Shown here piece by piece: positions 6,905-15,683 of a stretch of 64,000 nucleotides of DNA. Below the pieces are notes generated by a model that searched no databases, was not told where the DNA came from, and saw only the letters and a program-made list of their open reading frames with translations. The position numbers and the translations under genes are program-made. Source of the stretch: Dehalococcoidia bacterium (GTDB lineage: Bacteria; Chloroflexota; Dehalococcoidia; UBA6926); NCBI GenBank assembly GCA_965206275.1, contig OZ242203.1, positions 1,678,485-1,742,484 on the forward strand. The letters are read 5' to 3'. Each line of letters begins with the position of its first letter. The stretch's first letter is position 1.

Positions 6905-7675
6905 ATGCCATGGACGCATGCGGGCGTAAGCAGACGCCTGAAGTTGCTCGGCGTGCTGGGAATCGTTGGTGGACTGCTGTTTGCCTCCATTACCGTCGCC
7001 CTGGCGCAAGAGACCCCGGCGGAGGAAGAAGACAGCGTCACCGCCACCTTTGAATATGATTCAGGGGTCAACCTGGGTATCCCGGGTTCATTCTTCCCCG
7101 GCTTTGATGTGGCGGGATCCCTTATGGTTCAGCCTCGGGCGCTGCAAGTGAATGGCAATGAGATGCCGTCGGCTTCTATCACCATTGAGCCGCTTCAGCT
7201 GGAAGAAAGCCAGACGATGCCCACGCTGATTGCTCCCAATCCGAGCAAGCCGAGCGGCAGCACCGCAGAGTACCTGCGCCGAGCCGTTACCGTGTCCGTC
7301 ACCATTGACGGCGAGGATGCGAGCGACACAGCCCGCTTCAACCCCACCATGATGCTCAATCTGGATTTGACAGATGCTGAATGGGAAGAGGCGGACAATG
7401 ACCCGGATGCGTTCGTCGTTCGCGCCTGGGATGCCGGCAGGAATATGTGGTTGACCGTCGAAACATCTACAAACCCGTTCGATATGGTTGTTACGGCCAA
7501 GGTCGCCCGGGCCGGTCAGTTCGCCCTGTTCAGGGAGGAACCGCCGCCTCCTATCCAGGGCGGAGATGTTTCCCTGAGTTCCATGACGCTGCTGTTCATC
7601 GCCATGCTTGGATTCGCGCTGGCCGGTACTGGTGTCATGTTGGCTCGTGGCACGTTAGGTCGGCGTTCCCGCTAG
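6905..7675 (+). CDS. secreted protein with C-terminal membrane anchor, unknown function
   Basis: Signal peptide LLGVLGIVGGLLFASITVALAQE. C-terminal TM helix LLFIAMLGFALAGTGVMLA followed by basic RGTLGRRSR. Confidence 0.65.
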   Translation: MPWTHAGVSRRLKLLGVLGIVGGLLFASITVALAQETPAEEEDSVTATFEYDSGVNLGIPGSFFPGFDVAGSLMVQPRALQVNGNEMPSASITIEPLQLEESQTMPTLIAPNPSKPSGSTAEYLRRAVTVSVTIDGEDASDTARFNPTMMLNLDLTDAEWEEADNDPDAFVVRAWDAGRNMWLTVETSTNPFDMVVTAKVARAGQFALFREEPPPPIQGGDVSLSSMTLLFIAMLGFALAGTGVMLARGTLGRRSR

Positions 7676-7750
7676 ATTTCGATACTTGGAAACTCACGGG
7701 GCGTGGAGGGCCGCCCGGCCCACCGCGCCCCATTCCGTTATTGTGGGTAG

Positions 7751-8203
7751 GTGCAATCCGATTCCAGGACAGTCATCCATGTCGCCTTGCTCCGTGAGGG
7801 CGCAAGTTTGCCGTTTCGCGCCACACCCGGCTCGACCGGCTTTGATATCTACGCCTGCCTGCAGGATGGAGAACAAGAGATTATCGTTGGCACTGATCCC
7901 GTACTGATTCCAACCGGCATCGCTCTCGAGTTCCCACCCACTCTTGATGTCCAGGTTCGCCCGCGCTCCGGCCTCAGCAGTAGGGGGGTGATGGGTACTG
8001 TCGGGACGATCGACAGTGACTACCGGGGAGAAGTCTTCGTCACCATGTACACCGTGGGAAACCGGCCGCCCCACGTTGTCCGCAGCGGCGACAGGATCGC
8101 GCAACTGGTCGTTGGAATCCGCGCCGACGTTTCACTGGAATTCGTGGAAAGCCTTGGCGAGACCGAGCGGGGCGGTGGCGGACACGGCTCCACTGGCGCC
8201 TAA
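7751..8203 (+). CDS. dut: dUTP diphosphatase
   Basis: GSTGFDI, RSGLS, DSDYRGEV and C-terminal GGHGSTG motifs. The start codon (GTG in the track) is uncertain. Confidence 0.85.
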   Translation: MQSDSRTVIHVALLREGASLPFRATPGSTGFDIYACLQDGEQEIIVGTDPVLIPTGIALEFPPTLDVQVRPRSGLSSRGVMGTVGTIDSDYRGEVFVTMYTVGNRPPHVVRSGDRIAQLVVGIRADVSLEFVESLGETERGGGGHGSTGA

Positions 8204-8217
8204 ACCCCACCGCCCGT

Positions 8218-8235
8218 CCTGAGCCTGTCGAAGGG
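8218..8235. repeat. REP-like module A (CCTGAGC[C/T]TGTCGAAGGG)
   Basis: Same 18-mer core at 16705-16722, 29249-29266 and 49940-49957 (one substitution here). It lies between two convergent stops. Confidence 0.6.
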
Positions 8236-8246
8236 CACGAACGCCC

Positions 8247-9077
8247 TCAAACCTCAAGCGGCGTATCGTCCCGGTTCGCCCATTCCCGCATGGACCCGTC
8301 ATAGTTCCGCGTGCTTTCGTAGCCAACCAGCCGCATGACGAATACTCCGTGCGCCGCACGGATGCCACCCTGTCAATACGTGTAGACGTTCTTGTCCGGC
8401 GTGATGCCGTGTTCAGAAAGCAGTTGTCGTATCTCGGATGCCGACTTGAACCGATGCGTTTCGCGGTCCATCAGGTTAAGCCACTCAAGGTGAACGGCCC
8501 CGGGAATATGCCCCGCTCGCGCGTTGGCACGGTTGTTGGAGCCGTCCCATTCGCCATCTGTGCGAACGTCCCAAACGACGGAGTCCGCCAGCGTGCACGC
8601 CTCTTTCAACTCGTCGACTTTCACGAGCATTGAGTCGTCAAGGTTCGGGGTGAATGTCACGCCTTCCGCCCGCGCCGGACGCTGGAAACTGATTACGTGG
8701 CCGCCGTTAACCCAGCCGCGCCAGCCGCCATTCAGCACCCGCGCGTTCCGGTGTCCATATGTGTTGAGAACCCACCACAAGCGGGCCGCCGTCACACTCT
8801 GCGCATTGTCGTAAGAGATTACTGCTGTGTCATCGCCGATCCCCAATCCCTCACACATCTCCTTAAATTGTGAGGACGTCATCATCAGCGTGCGATTCGT
8901 GTCGGGGTCTTTCACGAAGTTGTCCGGAATGAGGACCGCGCCCGGGATATGACCCCTGTTGTAGCCCGCGTCAACGTCGCAGTCCACAACAACAACATTG
9001 TCATCATCCAAATGCTCCGCCAGCCAATCCGCCTCCACCAGGTACTCCGGGTGGGCATAGTCCTCGTTAGTCATCAT
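8247..9077 (-). CDS. two-domain rhodanese / thiosulfate-3-mercaptopyruvate sulfurtransferase with in-frame TGA (8373-8375) at the catalytic Cys position; candidate selenoprotein
   Basis: The track ORF stops at ...DKNVYTY-TGA. The same frame continues QGGIRAAHGVFVMRLVGYESTRNYDGSMREWANRDDTPLEV-TGA, completing the Y-C-x-x-G-x-R active-site loop and the NYDGSW-EW tail. Start ATG 9077 has RBS GGAGGGGAGGG. Confidence 0.75.
8347..8361 (-). promoter_or_regulatory. candidate bacterial SECIS hairpin for the rhodanese TGA
   Basis: On the coding strand: UGA, then 11 nt, then CCGUGC-GGC-GCACGG. Confidence 0.45.
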
Positions 9078-9108
9078 TCCCTCCCCTCCCTCTATGTAGA
9101 ATAGCCAT

Positions 9109-9711
9109 ATGAGCATTCTCGACAAGGCGCAGCGCATGTTCGGTGGTTCCGCTGCTGTGGACAAGGATCGCGTTCCACCCGGTCAGGCCGTTACGCAGAA
9201 GTTTCCCGTCCTCTCTTACGGACAGACTCCGCAGATTGACCTCGCTACGTGGACGTTTGAGGTCATCGGCCACGTCGACAATCCGGTTCGCCTCACGTGG
9301 GAGCAATTCCTTACTCGAGCGAACGATGCCGTGACCGCGGACTTTCACTGCGTTACCGGATGGTCACGACTCGACAATGAGTGGGAAGGCGTCTTTGTCC
9401 GTGATTTATTCGACGAGGCCCGCATCCGCCCAACCGCCACACATGTCATGGCCCACTGCTATGGCGGCTACACAACGAACATCCCACTATCGGCACTCTT
9501 GAATCCCGATGTCCTGATTGCTCATCGCCACGATGGCGCGCCGTTGGAACCGGAACACGGCGGCCCAGCCCGTCTCATCGTGCCTGACCGCTACGCGTAC
9601 AAGAGCGCCAAGTGGATTAAGGCGCTGGAGCTCATGCCGGAGAACAAGCGTGGATTCTGGGAGATCCACGGCTACAACTCCAACGCAGACCCGTGGAAAG
9701 TGGAGCGCTAA
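9109..9711 (+). CDS. molybdopterin-dependent oxidoreductase (sulfite-oxidase fold, YedY/YuiH-like)
   Basis: FHCVTGWS motif (Mo-ligand Cys context), GGPARLIVP and YAYKSAKWI. Confidence 0.8.
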   Translation: MSILDKAQRMFGGSAAVDKDRVPPGQAVTQKFPVLSYGQTPQIDLATWTFEVIGHVDNPVRLTWEQFLTRANDAVTADFHCVTGWSRLDNEWEGVFVRDLFDEARIRPTATHVMAHCYGGYTTNIPLSALLNPDVLIAHRHDGAPLEPEHGGPARLIVPDRYAYKSAKWIKALELMPENKRGFWEIHGYNSNADPWKVER

Positions 9712-9726
9712 GACTTCTAGCCGTTC

Positions 9727-11082
9727 CTACAGGCCCAGCACTCCAATCGAAAACGCCGCCAGAGCCAGCAACACCCCAAATCCCACAACGTCCGTTACGG
9801 TCGTCCCAAATATCCCGGCGGCCAGGGCCGGATCGACGCCGAATCGTCGCAGGATCAGCGGAATCAACACACCGGCGGCCCCCGCCACCAGCATGTTGAT
9901 GACCATCGCAACACCCAGCGCGATTGACAGCACCAACTCCTGCGACCATAGGAACGCAGCTACCGCGGCGACGAGTCCCATCGCCACCCCGTGGGCCAAG
10001 CCGAGCACTATCTCCTTGCCCAATACCTGTCGTGCATTCCGCAAGGTCAACTCGCCCAGCGCGATGCTTCGCACGGCAATCGTCACCGTCTGTATGATCG
10101 CGTTGCCGCCCTGTCCACCCACAATGGGCAGGAATGCCGCCAAGACGGCCGCGAGGGCAATAGTCGATTCAAACATTCCAACGACGGCTGCCGCCGCAAA
10201 TGCCGTGATTAGGTTCACGAATAACCACGGCATCCGGAGGCGCATCGACCGCACGATGCCGGTCTGAACGGATTCATCGGCATTGAGCCCGACGATCATG
10301 TACATGTCCTCGGTCGCCTCGCCCTCGGCAACCTGGATCATCTCCGGCAGGTCGATGAACCCTAGCAGTCGGTCGTCCTCATCCACGGTTGGCAGCGTGT
10401 CGAGCCGATACCGCTCCATGATTCGCGCGCACTCTTCCTGATCCGTGCCGGCCGGCACAGATATCGGATCGTGGTCCATGACGCGGGACAGCGCGGCGCC
10501 CTGTGGGGCGAGCAATAACTGCCGAAAACTGACGCTGCCCGATAACCTGCCCTCTTCATCCACCACAAAAACGCGGGAAAGACGGCGTGTAAGCGCCTCA
10601 GCGTTGCGTATGGCGACCTGCGCCTGCATAACGGTCATCCGCTCACGCAGGGCAAGGAACTCCGTTGTGACGAGCGCTCCTGCAGTTTCCTCTTCCTGGG
10701 CGAGGAGATTTCGCAGAAAATCCTGCTCGGAAAGAGTTCCAACGATCTCTGAGCGTAGCTCTCCCGGCATCGCCCGCAGGGTACGCGCGGCAGTGCCGAG
10801 CGGAGTTCGATTGAAGATCGCTGTCAGGCTTTCGCCCGGGAGGCGAGCCAGGGGCATGATTGCGCGTTCACCATGCCTGACGAGATACTCCAGCATTGCG
10901 CTGACTTCCCGCGCAGATAGATGGGAGAGGATGTCCGCCCGCGTGTGCTCAGGAAGCTGATTGATGGCATCCGCCACGTCCGCCGGCAGTTGTTCACGAA
11001 GCTCCGCTGCCACTGCCGCAGTGTCGCCCGCCGCAACCCGCTCTGCCAGCCTCTCCGTGTCTAACGTTTCGGGCAAGGTCAT
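9727..11082 (-). CDS. mgtE: magnesium transporter MgtE
   Basis: N-terminal MgtE_N region, a CBS pair, and a C-terminal TM domain with GGQGGNAIIQT and DVVGFG. Confidence 0.9.
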   Translation of the reverse strand: MTLPETLDTERLAERVAAGDTAAVAAELREQLPADVADAINQLPEHTRADILSHLSAREVSAMLEYLVRHGERAIMPLARLPGESLTAIFNRTPLGTAARTLRAMPGELRSEIVGTLSEQDFLRNLLAQEEETAGALVTTEFLALRERMTVMQAQVAIRNAEALTRRLSRVFVVDEEGRLSGSVSFRQLLLAPQGAALSRVMDHDPISVPAGTDQEECARIMERYRLDTLPTVDEDDRLLGFIDLPEMIQVAEGEATEDMYMIVGLNADESVQTGIVRSMRLRMPWLFVNLITAFAAAAVVGMFESTIALAAVLAAFLPIVGGQGGNAIIQTVTIAVRSIALGELTLRNARQVLGKEIVLGLAHGVAMGLVAAVAAFLWSQELVLSIALGVAMVINMLVAGAAGVLIPLILRRFGVDPALAAGIFGTTVTDVVGFGVLLALAAFSIGVLGL

Positions 11083-11098
11083 GGCAATCTGCTCCCTT

Positions 11099-11473
11099 TT
11101 ACCGCCGTCGCGTCATCTCTACCCAGGCGCTGTCCAACGTTCCCCTGATGGGCACGGACGGCTTACTGACGCGGATACGCACTGCCTCGATAGGAAGTTC
11201 ATCAAGAAGCCGCTGGGCTGATTCCTCCGCCAGGCTCTCCAACAGTGCGTGCGGCGGCCCCTCCACCACTCCCTGCACAATCTCGAATGCCCGCCCATAG
11301 TCAGCCGTGTCAGAAAGATCATCGGAATGCCCTGCAATGGACAGATCCATGGCCATCTCAAGATCGACGACAAATCGCTGACCCACCGCCTGCTCCTCCA
11401 CGGTCGCGCCATGATGACCGTAGAAGACCATGCCCGCCAGGCCGATGAGGTCTTGCGGCTCGTATTCGTTCAC
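11099..11473 (-). CDS. folB: dihydroneopterin aldolase
   Basis: GHHGATVEEQAVGQRFVVDLEM and overall 124-aa length. Confidence 0.8.
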   Translation of the reverse strand: MNEYEPQDLIGLAGMVFYGHHGATVEEQAVGQRFVVDLEMAMDLSIAGHSDDLSDTADYGRAFEIVQGVVEGPPHALLESLAEESAQRLLDELPIEAVRIRVSKPSVPIRGTLDSAWVEMTRRR

Positions 11474-11494
11474 CGGTGTTCGCCTCCTGAAATG

Positions 11495-12322
11495 CTACCG
11501 GTGTCGCCGAGGTGGGTACCGTGGCGGCGGCGGTTCGTAGTAGTCGTCATCGTCATCATCGTACTGATACGGCATCCGTCGGTACGTCTCATACCTGTTC
11601 GGCTGCCATACCTTTTCCCGCTTCAGGATGCGCCATCCCGCGACGATTCCCGCGCCAGCAACAAAGCCGCCTACGTGCGCCCAATAGGCTACACCGCCAC
11701 CACCCCCTGCCACGACAAGCCCGCCGACTCCCTGGAAAAACTGGATCACAATCCACATCACCAGCAGCCAGACCGCCGGTATCTCCATCACCGTGATGAG
11801 TCCCATCATGAACAGCGTTCGAACCCGACGCCGTGGGAACAGCAGCAGGTACGCGCCCAGCACCCCGGCTATCGCCCCGCTCGCGCCGATTGCCGGGATC
11901 GTGCTGTCCCAGTTGAACAGGATGTGTGTTACGGACGCGAGAACTCCGGTTGCCAGGTAGAACGCCAGAAAGCCGAGCCGCCCGAAGTGGTGCTCAAGAT
12001 TGTCTCCGAACACCCATAAGAACACCATGTTGCCCAAAATGTGCGCCCATCCCCCGTGCAGGAACATGGACGTGAACAGCGTCATCCATGATGGGACGAG
12101 GGGCGCGATGGCCGCGTATTCAGGCAGCGACATTATCTGGTCGAAAAGCTCTCCGTGCGTGAATTCGTAAGGAACCACACCAAAACGGAAGTGGAATATC
12201 GCCCTCTGCTCCGGGTCGAGAATGACGGTGTACAGGAATGCGAGGGCATTGATGATGATCAGCGTGATGGTCAGCCACGCTGTGCCATGCCGCTCGCCGG
12301 CACTGTCTGAAAGAGGGATCAT
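11495..12322 (-). CDS. rhomboid-family intramembrane serine protease
   Basis: HGGWAHILGNM, GASGAIAGVLGAY (catalytic GxSG) and a WAHVGGF histidine helix. The acidic/Pro-rich tail is unusual. Confidence 0.85.
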   Translation of the reverse strand: MIPLSDSAGERHGTAWLTITLIIINALAFLYTVILDPEQRAIFHFRFGVVPYEFTHGELFDQIMSLPEYAAIAPLVPSWMTLFTSMFLHGGWAHILGNMVFLWVFGDNLEHHFGRLGFLAFYLATGVLASVTHILFNWDSTIPAIGASGAIAGVLGAYLLLFPRRRVRTLFMMGLITVMEIPAVWLLVMWIVIQFFQGVGGLVVAGGGGGVAYWAHVGGFVAGAGIVAGWRILKREKVWQPNRYETYRRMPYQYDDDDDDYYEPPPPRYPPRRHR

Positions 12323-12429
12323 GGCCGCTCCACGCCGCCGTCACTGCCGCGCGTCGGCGCCCGCCCCATGCCTACAATGAAACCCGGCGCGCTGTGGCGC
12401 GAGACTCTACTGGTGGAAGGCATATACGT

Positions 12430-13635
12430 ATGAGTGGACCACTTGACGGTCTCCGAATCGTCGATTTAACCCGCATCCTCGCGGGCCCGTTTGCAACCAT
12501 GATTTTATCCGACATGGGAGCGGAGGTGATAAAGGTTGAACGCCCCGAGGGCGGCGACCTCTCCCGCGGCACAGGCCCGTTCTTCGAAGGCGAGAGTTAC
12601 TACTTCGTCAGCGTCAACCGCGGCAAGCAGAGCGTCACACTGAACCTCGCACACCCGGACGGGCAGCAGGCACTCAAGGACATCGCCGCCGAGTGTGACG
12701 TGCTCGTGGAAAATTTTGTCCCCGGCACGATGCGTGACTTCGGCCTGTCCTACGAGGACCTTCAAGCGGTGAATCCTCGCCTCGTCTATTGCTCCATCTC
12801 AGGTTTCGGCCAGACCGGCCCCTACGCTCAGCGTCCTGCGTTGGACATCATCGTTCAGGCCATGGGCGGCATCATGGGTATCACCGGAGAACCCGGCGGC
12901 GGCCCTGTCCGTCCCGGCAGTTCGCTCGGCGACATCATCGCTGGCCTCTTCGCCACAACTGCCATCCTCGCCGCCGTGCAGGAACGGGAACGCAGCGGGC
13001 AGGGACAGTACATCGATGTCTCCATGCTGGAATGCCAACTCGCCATCCTCGAGGCCGCCGTCGGGCGATACGTCTCCACCGGCCACGTTCCCGGCCCCAT
13101 CGGCACCCGCCACCCCTCGTTCACGCCGTTCCAGGCGTTCAAGACGGCGGACGACTGGATCGTTATGGCGATTGTGGGCGGCGTAAATGACCAGTGGCCG
13201 CTGTTCTGTGCCGCCATCGGCCGCGTCGACCTCATCGATGACGTGCGCTACGTCGACGGCTACCACCGCACGCTGAACTATGATGAACTGCTTCCTGAGC
13301 TAGAGGCGGCGTTTCTCCAAAAGCCCGCCGAGCAATGGCTTCGTGAATTTGGCCGACTCGGCATCGCCTGCGGCCCTGTCAACCGTATCGACCAGGTGCT
13401 GGCCGATCCACAGGTTCAGGAACGCGGCGCGATGGTAGACGTTCCTCACAAGAGAGTCGGCAACATCCCCGTCGTCAACTCACCCCTCCGCTTCTCCCGC
13501 ACCCCCGTCGCCGACCTCGGCCCCGCCCCCGACCTCGGCGAACACAACGAAACCGTCCTCCAAGGCCTAACCGGCTACACCCCGGAGCACGTGGAGCGGC
13601 TGCGCACAGAAGGCGTGATAGCCGTGGAGGAGTGA
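12430..13635 (+). CDS. family III CoA-transferase (CaiB/BaiF)
   Basis: LDGLRIVDLTRILAGPFATMILSDMGAEVIKVE and ALDIIVQAMGGIMGITG (catalytic Asp context). I prefer ATG 12430 to the track start 12394. Confidence 0.85.
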   Translation: MSGPLDGLRIVDLTRILAGPFATMILSDMGAEVIKVERPEGGDLSRGTGPFFEGESYYFVSVNRGKQSVTLNLAHPDGQQALKDIAAECDVLVENFVPGTMRDFGLSYEDLQAVNPRLVYCSISGFGQTGPYAQRPALDIIVQAMGGIMGITGEPGGGPVRPGSSLGDIIAGLFATTAILAAVQERERSGQGQYIDVSMLECQLAILEAAVGRYVSTGHVPGPIGTRHPSFTPFQAFKTADDWIVMAIVGGVNDQWPLFCAAIGRVDLIDDVRYVDGYHRTLNYDELLPELEAAFLQKPAEQWLREFGRLGIACGPVNRIDQVLADPQVQERGAMVDVPHKRVGNIPVVNSPLRFSRTPVADLGPAPDLGEHNETVLQGLTGYTPEHVERLRTEGVIAVEE

Positions 13636-13659
13636 GAAGGTAAAGAACCTGAGCGATTC

Positions 13660-13736
13660 TGGCGTCCCCGGTGGGACTCGAACCCACAACCTGCGGATTA
13701 GAAGTCCGCTGCTCTGTCCGGTTGAGCTACAGGGAC
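13660..13736 (-). tRNA. tRNA-Arg (anticodon TCT)
   Basis: Reverse complement folds as GTCCCTG TA GCTC..GAGC A GCGGA CTTCTAA TCCGC AGGTT GTGGG TTCGAGT CCCAC CGGGGAC G CCA. Confidence 0.9.
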
Positions 13737-13790
13737 GCGCTTGGATCGCGGCATCCCCAACATGATAACGCTCTGAATCGAGCGCGCCGT

Positions 13791-14381
13791 TTACTCGCTC
13801 TGCGAGCTATCTTCTGAGGTCGCCCCGTTCGGCGGCGGTGTGTCCACCACGTCCGGTAGCCACGTGTAGACGCGGTGCAAGGGGCGGTACGCCCCGCTCA
13901 CCTGCGAGACGCTCTTGATCTCCAGCCCGCCGATGTCAGCCTTCGTTGTCCACCGGCGCTGCACGTACCCGCCCGCTCTGAACGAGCCGATGAGCGCCAG
14001 CGCCGAAAGCCCCATCGCCTGCGGCAGTCGCCCGACGCGGTTCCGCGTGCCGAGAATCATTCCGGTCAGCAGGGCAGTCGTCATGCCGCCCAGCAGGAAA
14101 TTCGTGCCACAGAACGGCGAAATCGCCAGGTGCGATTCCCCAGCCCTCAGCCGTTCGACTGCTTCCTTGGCGGCATCCTCGATGCGGTCCGCCGTCGTGG
14201 GGCCGTAAACGAAAAACCCATCCTGCTTGGCGCTGCCGCCGAGCCGTCCAACCTGGTCATGCTTCCGCCCAAGAACGGCAATCGTCGCGTGTTCGATCGC
14301 ATGGTTCTGCCGAATACGGTCTATCAACTCGAGAATATCCATTGCACTTTCGAGTATGGGAACCGCGTCAAACAGGGTCAA
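13791..14381 (-). CDS. conserved hypothetical protein
   Basis: Long ORF with no competing frame. It contains a HAIEHATI motif and a hydrophobic central segment. No family was recognised with confidence. Confidence 0.55.
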   Translation of the reverse strand: MTLFDAVPILESAMDILELIDRIRQNHAIEHATIAVLGRKHDQVGRLGGSAKQDGFFVYGPTTADRIEDAAKEAVERLRAGESHLAISPFCGTNFLLGGMTTALLTGMILGTRNRVGRLPQAMGLSALALIGSFRAGGYVQRRWTTKADIGGLEIKSVSQVSGAYRPLHRVYTWLPDVVDTPPPNGATSEDSSQSE

Positions 14382-14433
14382 GGAACCCCATGATTCCTCG
14401 CCACCGCAGCCCTGCGTCCGCTATGATTTTCAC

Positions 14434-15048
14434 ATGGCCTCTGACACAGTGAAACCTCGGCGGAGTAATGGCCTCGCGGGTCCTGCAGCCAAGGGCGTCG
14501 ACCGCGTCCTCATCAGCAAGACGCGCCTCCAACGCCGCGTGAAAGAACTGGCGGCAGAATTGAGCGCCGAGTACGCGGACGGCGAGGTCGTCTGCGTCGG
14601 CGCGCTGAACGGCGTCATCTGTTTTCTCGCAGACCTTGTGCGGGAAATGGACATTCCCGCGCCGGTGGAGCTTGTCCACGTTGATCGGTTCATTGACGAA
14701 CGCGGCCACACCGTTGAGATGCCCAATCCGTTCCGTGAAAGTCTGCGGGGCCGGGATGTGCTAATCGTCGAGGACATCGTGGACACCGGGGTTACACTCA
14801 AGCTGCTCGTCGATAAGGTCCTCGCGGAGAACCCCGCCTCTGTCAAAGTGTGCACGCTGCTGGACAAGCCCGCCCATCGCGAGGTGGAAGTTCAGATCGA
14901 CTACGTCGGCTTCTCGATAGACCCGGTGTTTGTCGTGGGTTATGGCCTCGACTACGAGGGTTTCTATAGAAACTTGCCGTTCGTTGGCGTCGTGGACAGC
15001 GCCGTCTGGCCACCCGCGCTCCTTGAACGCCCCAAGTTCGACTCGTAG
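14434..15048 (+). CDS. hpt: hypoxanthine phosphoribosyltransferase
   Basis: PRPP loop VLIVEDIVDTGVTL and YVGF.I....VVGYGLDY. I chose the internal ATG 14434, because the track N-terminus overlaps the antisense gene. Confidence 0.85.
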   Translation: MASDTVKPRRSNGLAGPAAKGVDRVLISKTRLQRRVKELAAELSAEYADGEVVCVGALNGVICFLADLVREMDIPAPVELVHVDRFIDERGHTVEMPNPFRESLRGRDVLIVEDIVDTGVTLKLLVDKVLAENPASVKVCTLLDKPAHREVEVQIDYVGFSIDPVFVVGYGLDYEGFYRNLPFVGVVDSAVWPPALLERPKFDS

Positions 15049-15162
15049 ACGTAAGCGGGTGCCACCTGCGGCCATTGTCGTTGACACGACGCGTTCCCAT
15101 TGGCCACACTCGCGGTACACATCACAGGGAAAGCGCCTTAGCGGCGCGGGGAGAGGGAGACG

Positions 15163-15606
15163 ATGATCACGGATATTCGCTACAACGCCGTCATGGTGGA
15201 AGATCTGGAAGAGGGCGTCCAACTGTGGAAGGACCTCTTCGGCCTTGAGGAGCTGAACCAGGCCCGCGGCAACCAGTTTGGCATTCGGGCGCAGATGCTC
15301 GGCTACAACGGCCAGCCCGTTATTGAGGTCATGACCCCTGCCGGCCCCGAGACCGCCCTTGCTCGCATGATGGAAGAGCGGAAGAACGAACGAAACCCCA
15401 AGGGCGAGGGCATGTACATGGTCTGCCTTGAGGTCGATGACATCGAGGCAACCATCAAGAATATCGAAGAGAAGGGTGGCCGCATCCAGCGCGAAGAGGG
15501 CAACGCAAACGTCGCGTGGGTGCATCCGCTCGGCACCAAGATGGTTTTCATCGAGCTGCAGCAGCGCGGCGCGGGCGGCATGGGCGCAGCCGGCGGAGGC
15601 AGCTAG
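15163..15606 (+). CDS. VOC/glyoxalase-fold protein (methylmalonyl-CoA epimerase-like)
   Basis: Short beta-alpha-beta-beta-beta pattern, GEGMYMVCLEVDD and WVHP. Confidence 0.6.
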   Translation: MITDIRYNAVMVEDLEEGVQLWKDLFGLEELNQARGNQFGIRAQMLGYNGQPVIEVMTPAGPETALARMMEERKNERNPKGEGMYMVCLEVDDIEATIKNIEEKGGRIQREEGNANVAWVHPLGTKMVFIELQQRGAGGMGAAGGGS

Positions 15607-15683
15607 GCGCGGCCGGGCCGGCGCGTGAACGTCGACGCTGATTCCCAAGGCAGCCGCTTTGGCCTCCACCGGTTTCCGGAGGC

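Noticed and set aside
8132-8368. 78-aa minus-strand track ORF downstream of the truncated rhodanese ORF
   Set aside because: It is in a different frame from the rhodanese and contains repeat-derived pseudo-peptide (RALRQAQDGR). The region is better explained by the in-frame continuation of the rhodanese after TGA 8373-8375.
8373-8375. Alternative explanations for the in-frame TGAs: an alternative genetic code (TGA read as Trp or Gly), or plain pseudogenes
   Set aside because: Many clearly complete genes in the window terminate at TGA (for example mutS, the ABC ATPase at 42213 and the CoA-transferase at 13635), so TGA is a normal stop here. Both interrupted genes keep intact, motif-rich downstream frames. 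Both TGAs fall exactly on a conserved Cys and are followed by a hairpin at the same 11-nt spacing. Sequencing error cannot be excluded from sequence alone.
9518-10267. 249-aa plus-strand ORF, and similar long shadow ORFs (631-1179, 11249-12019, 14761-15708, 35196-35918, 36339-37220, 52728-53462, 54618-55295, 55574-56662, 61937-62686)
   Set aside because: They are antisense or out-of-frame to genes with clear family motifs. Their Arg/Ala/Pro/Ser-rich low-complexity composition is typical of high-GC shadow frames.
11083-11098. Expected an M-box (Mg) riboswitch upstream of mgtE
   Set aside because: Only 16 nt separate mgtE from folB on the same strand, so there is no room for a riboswitch.
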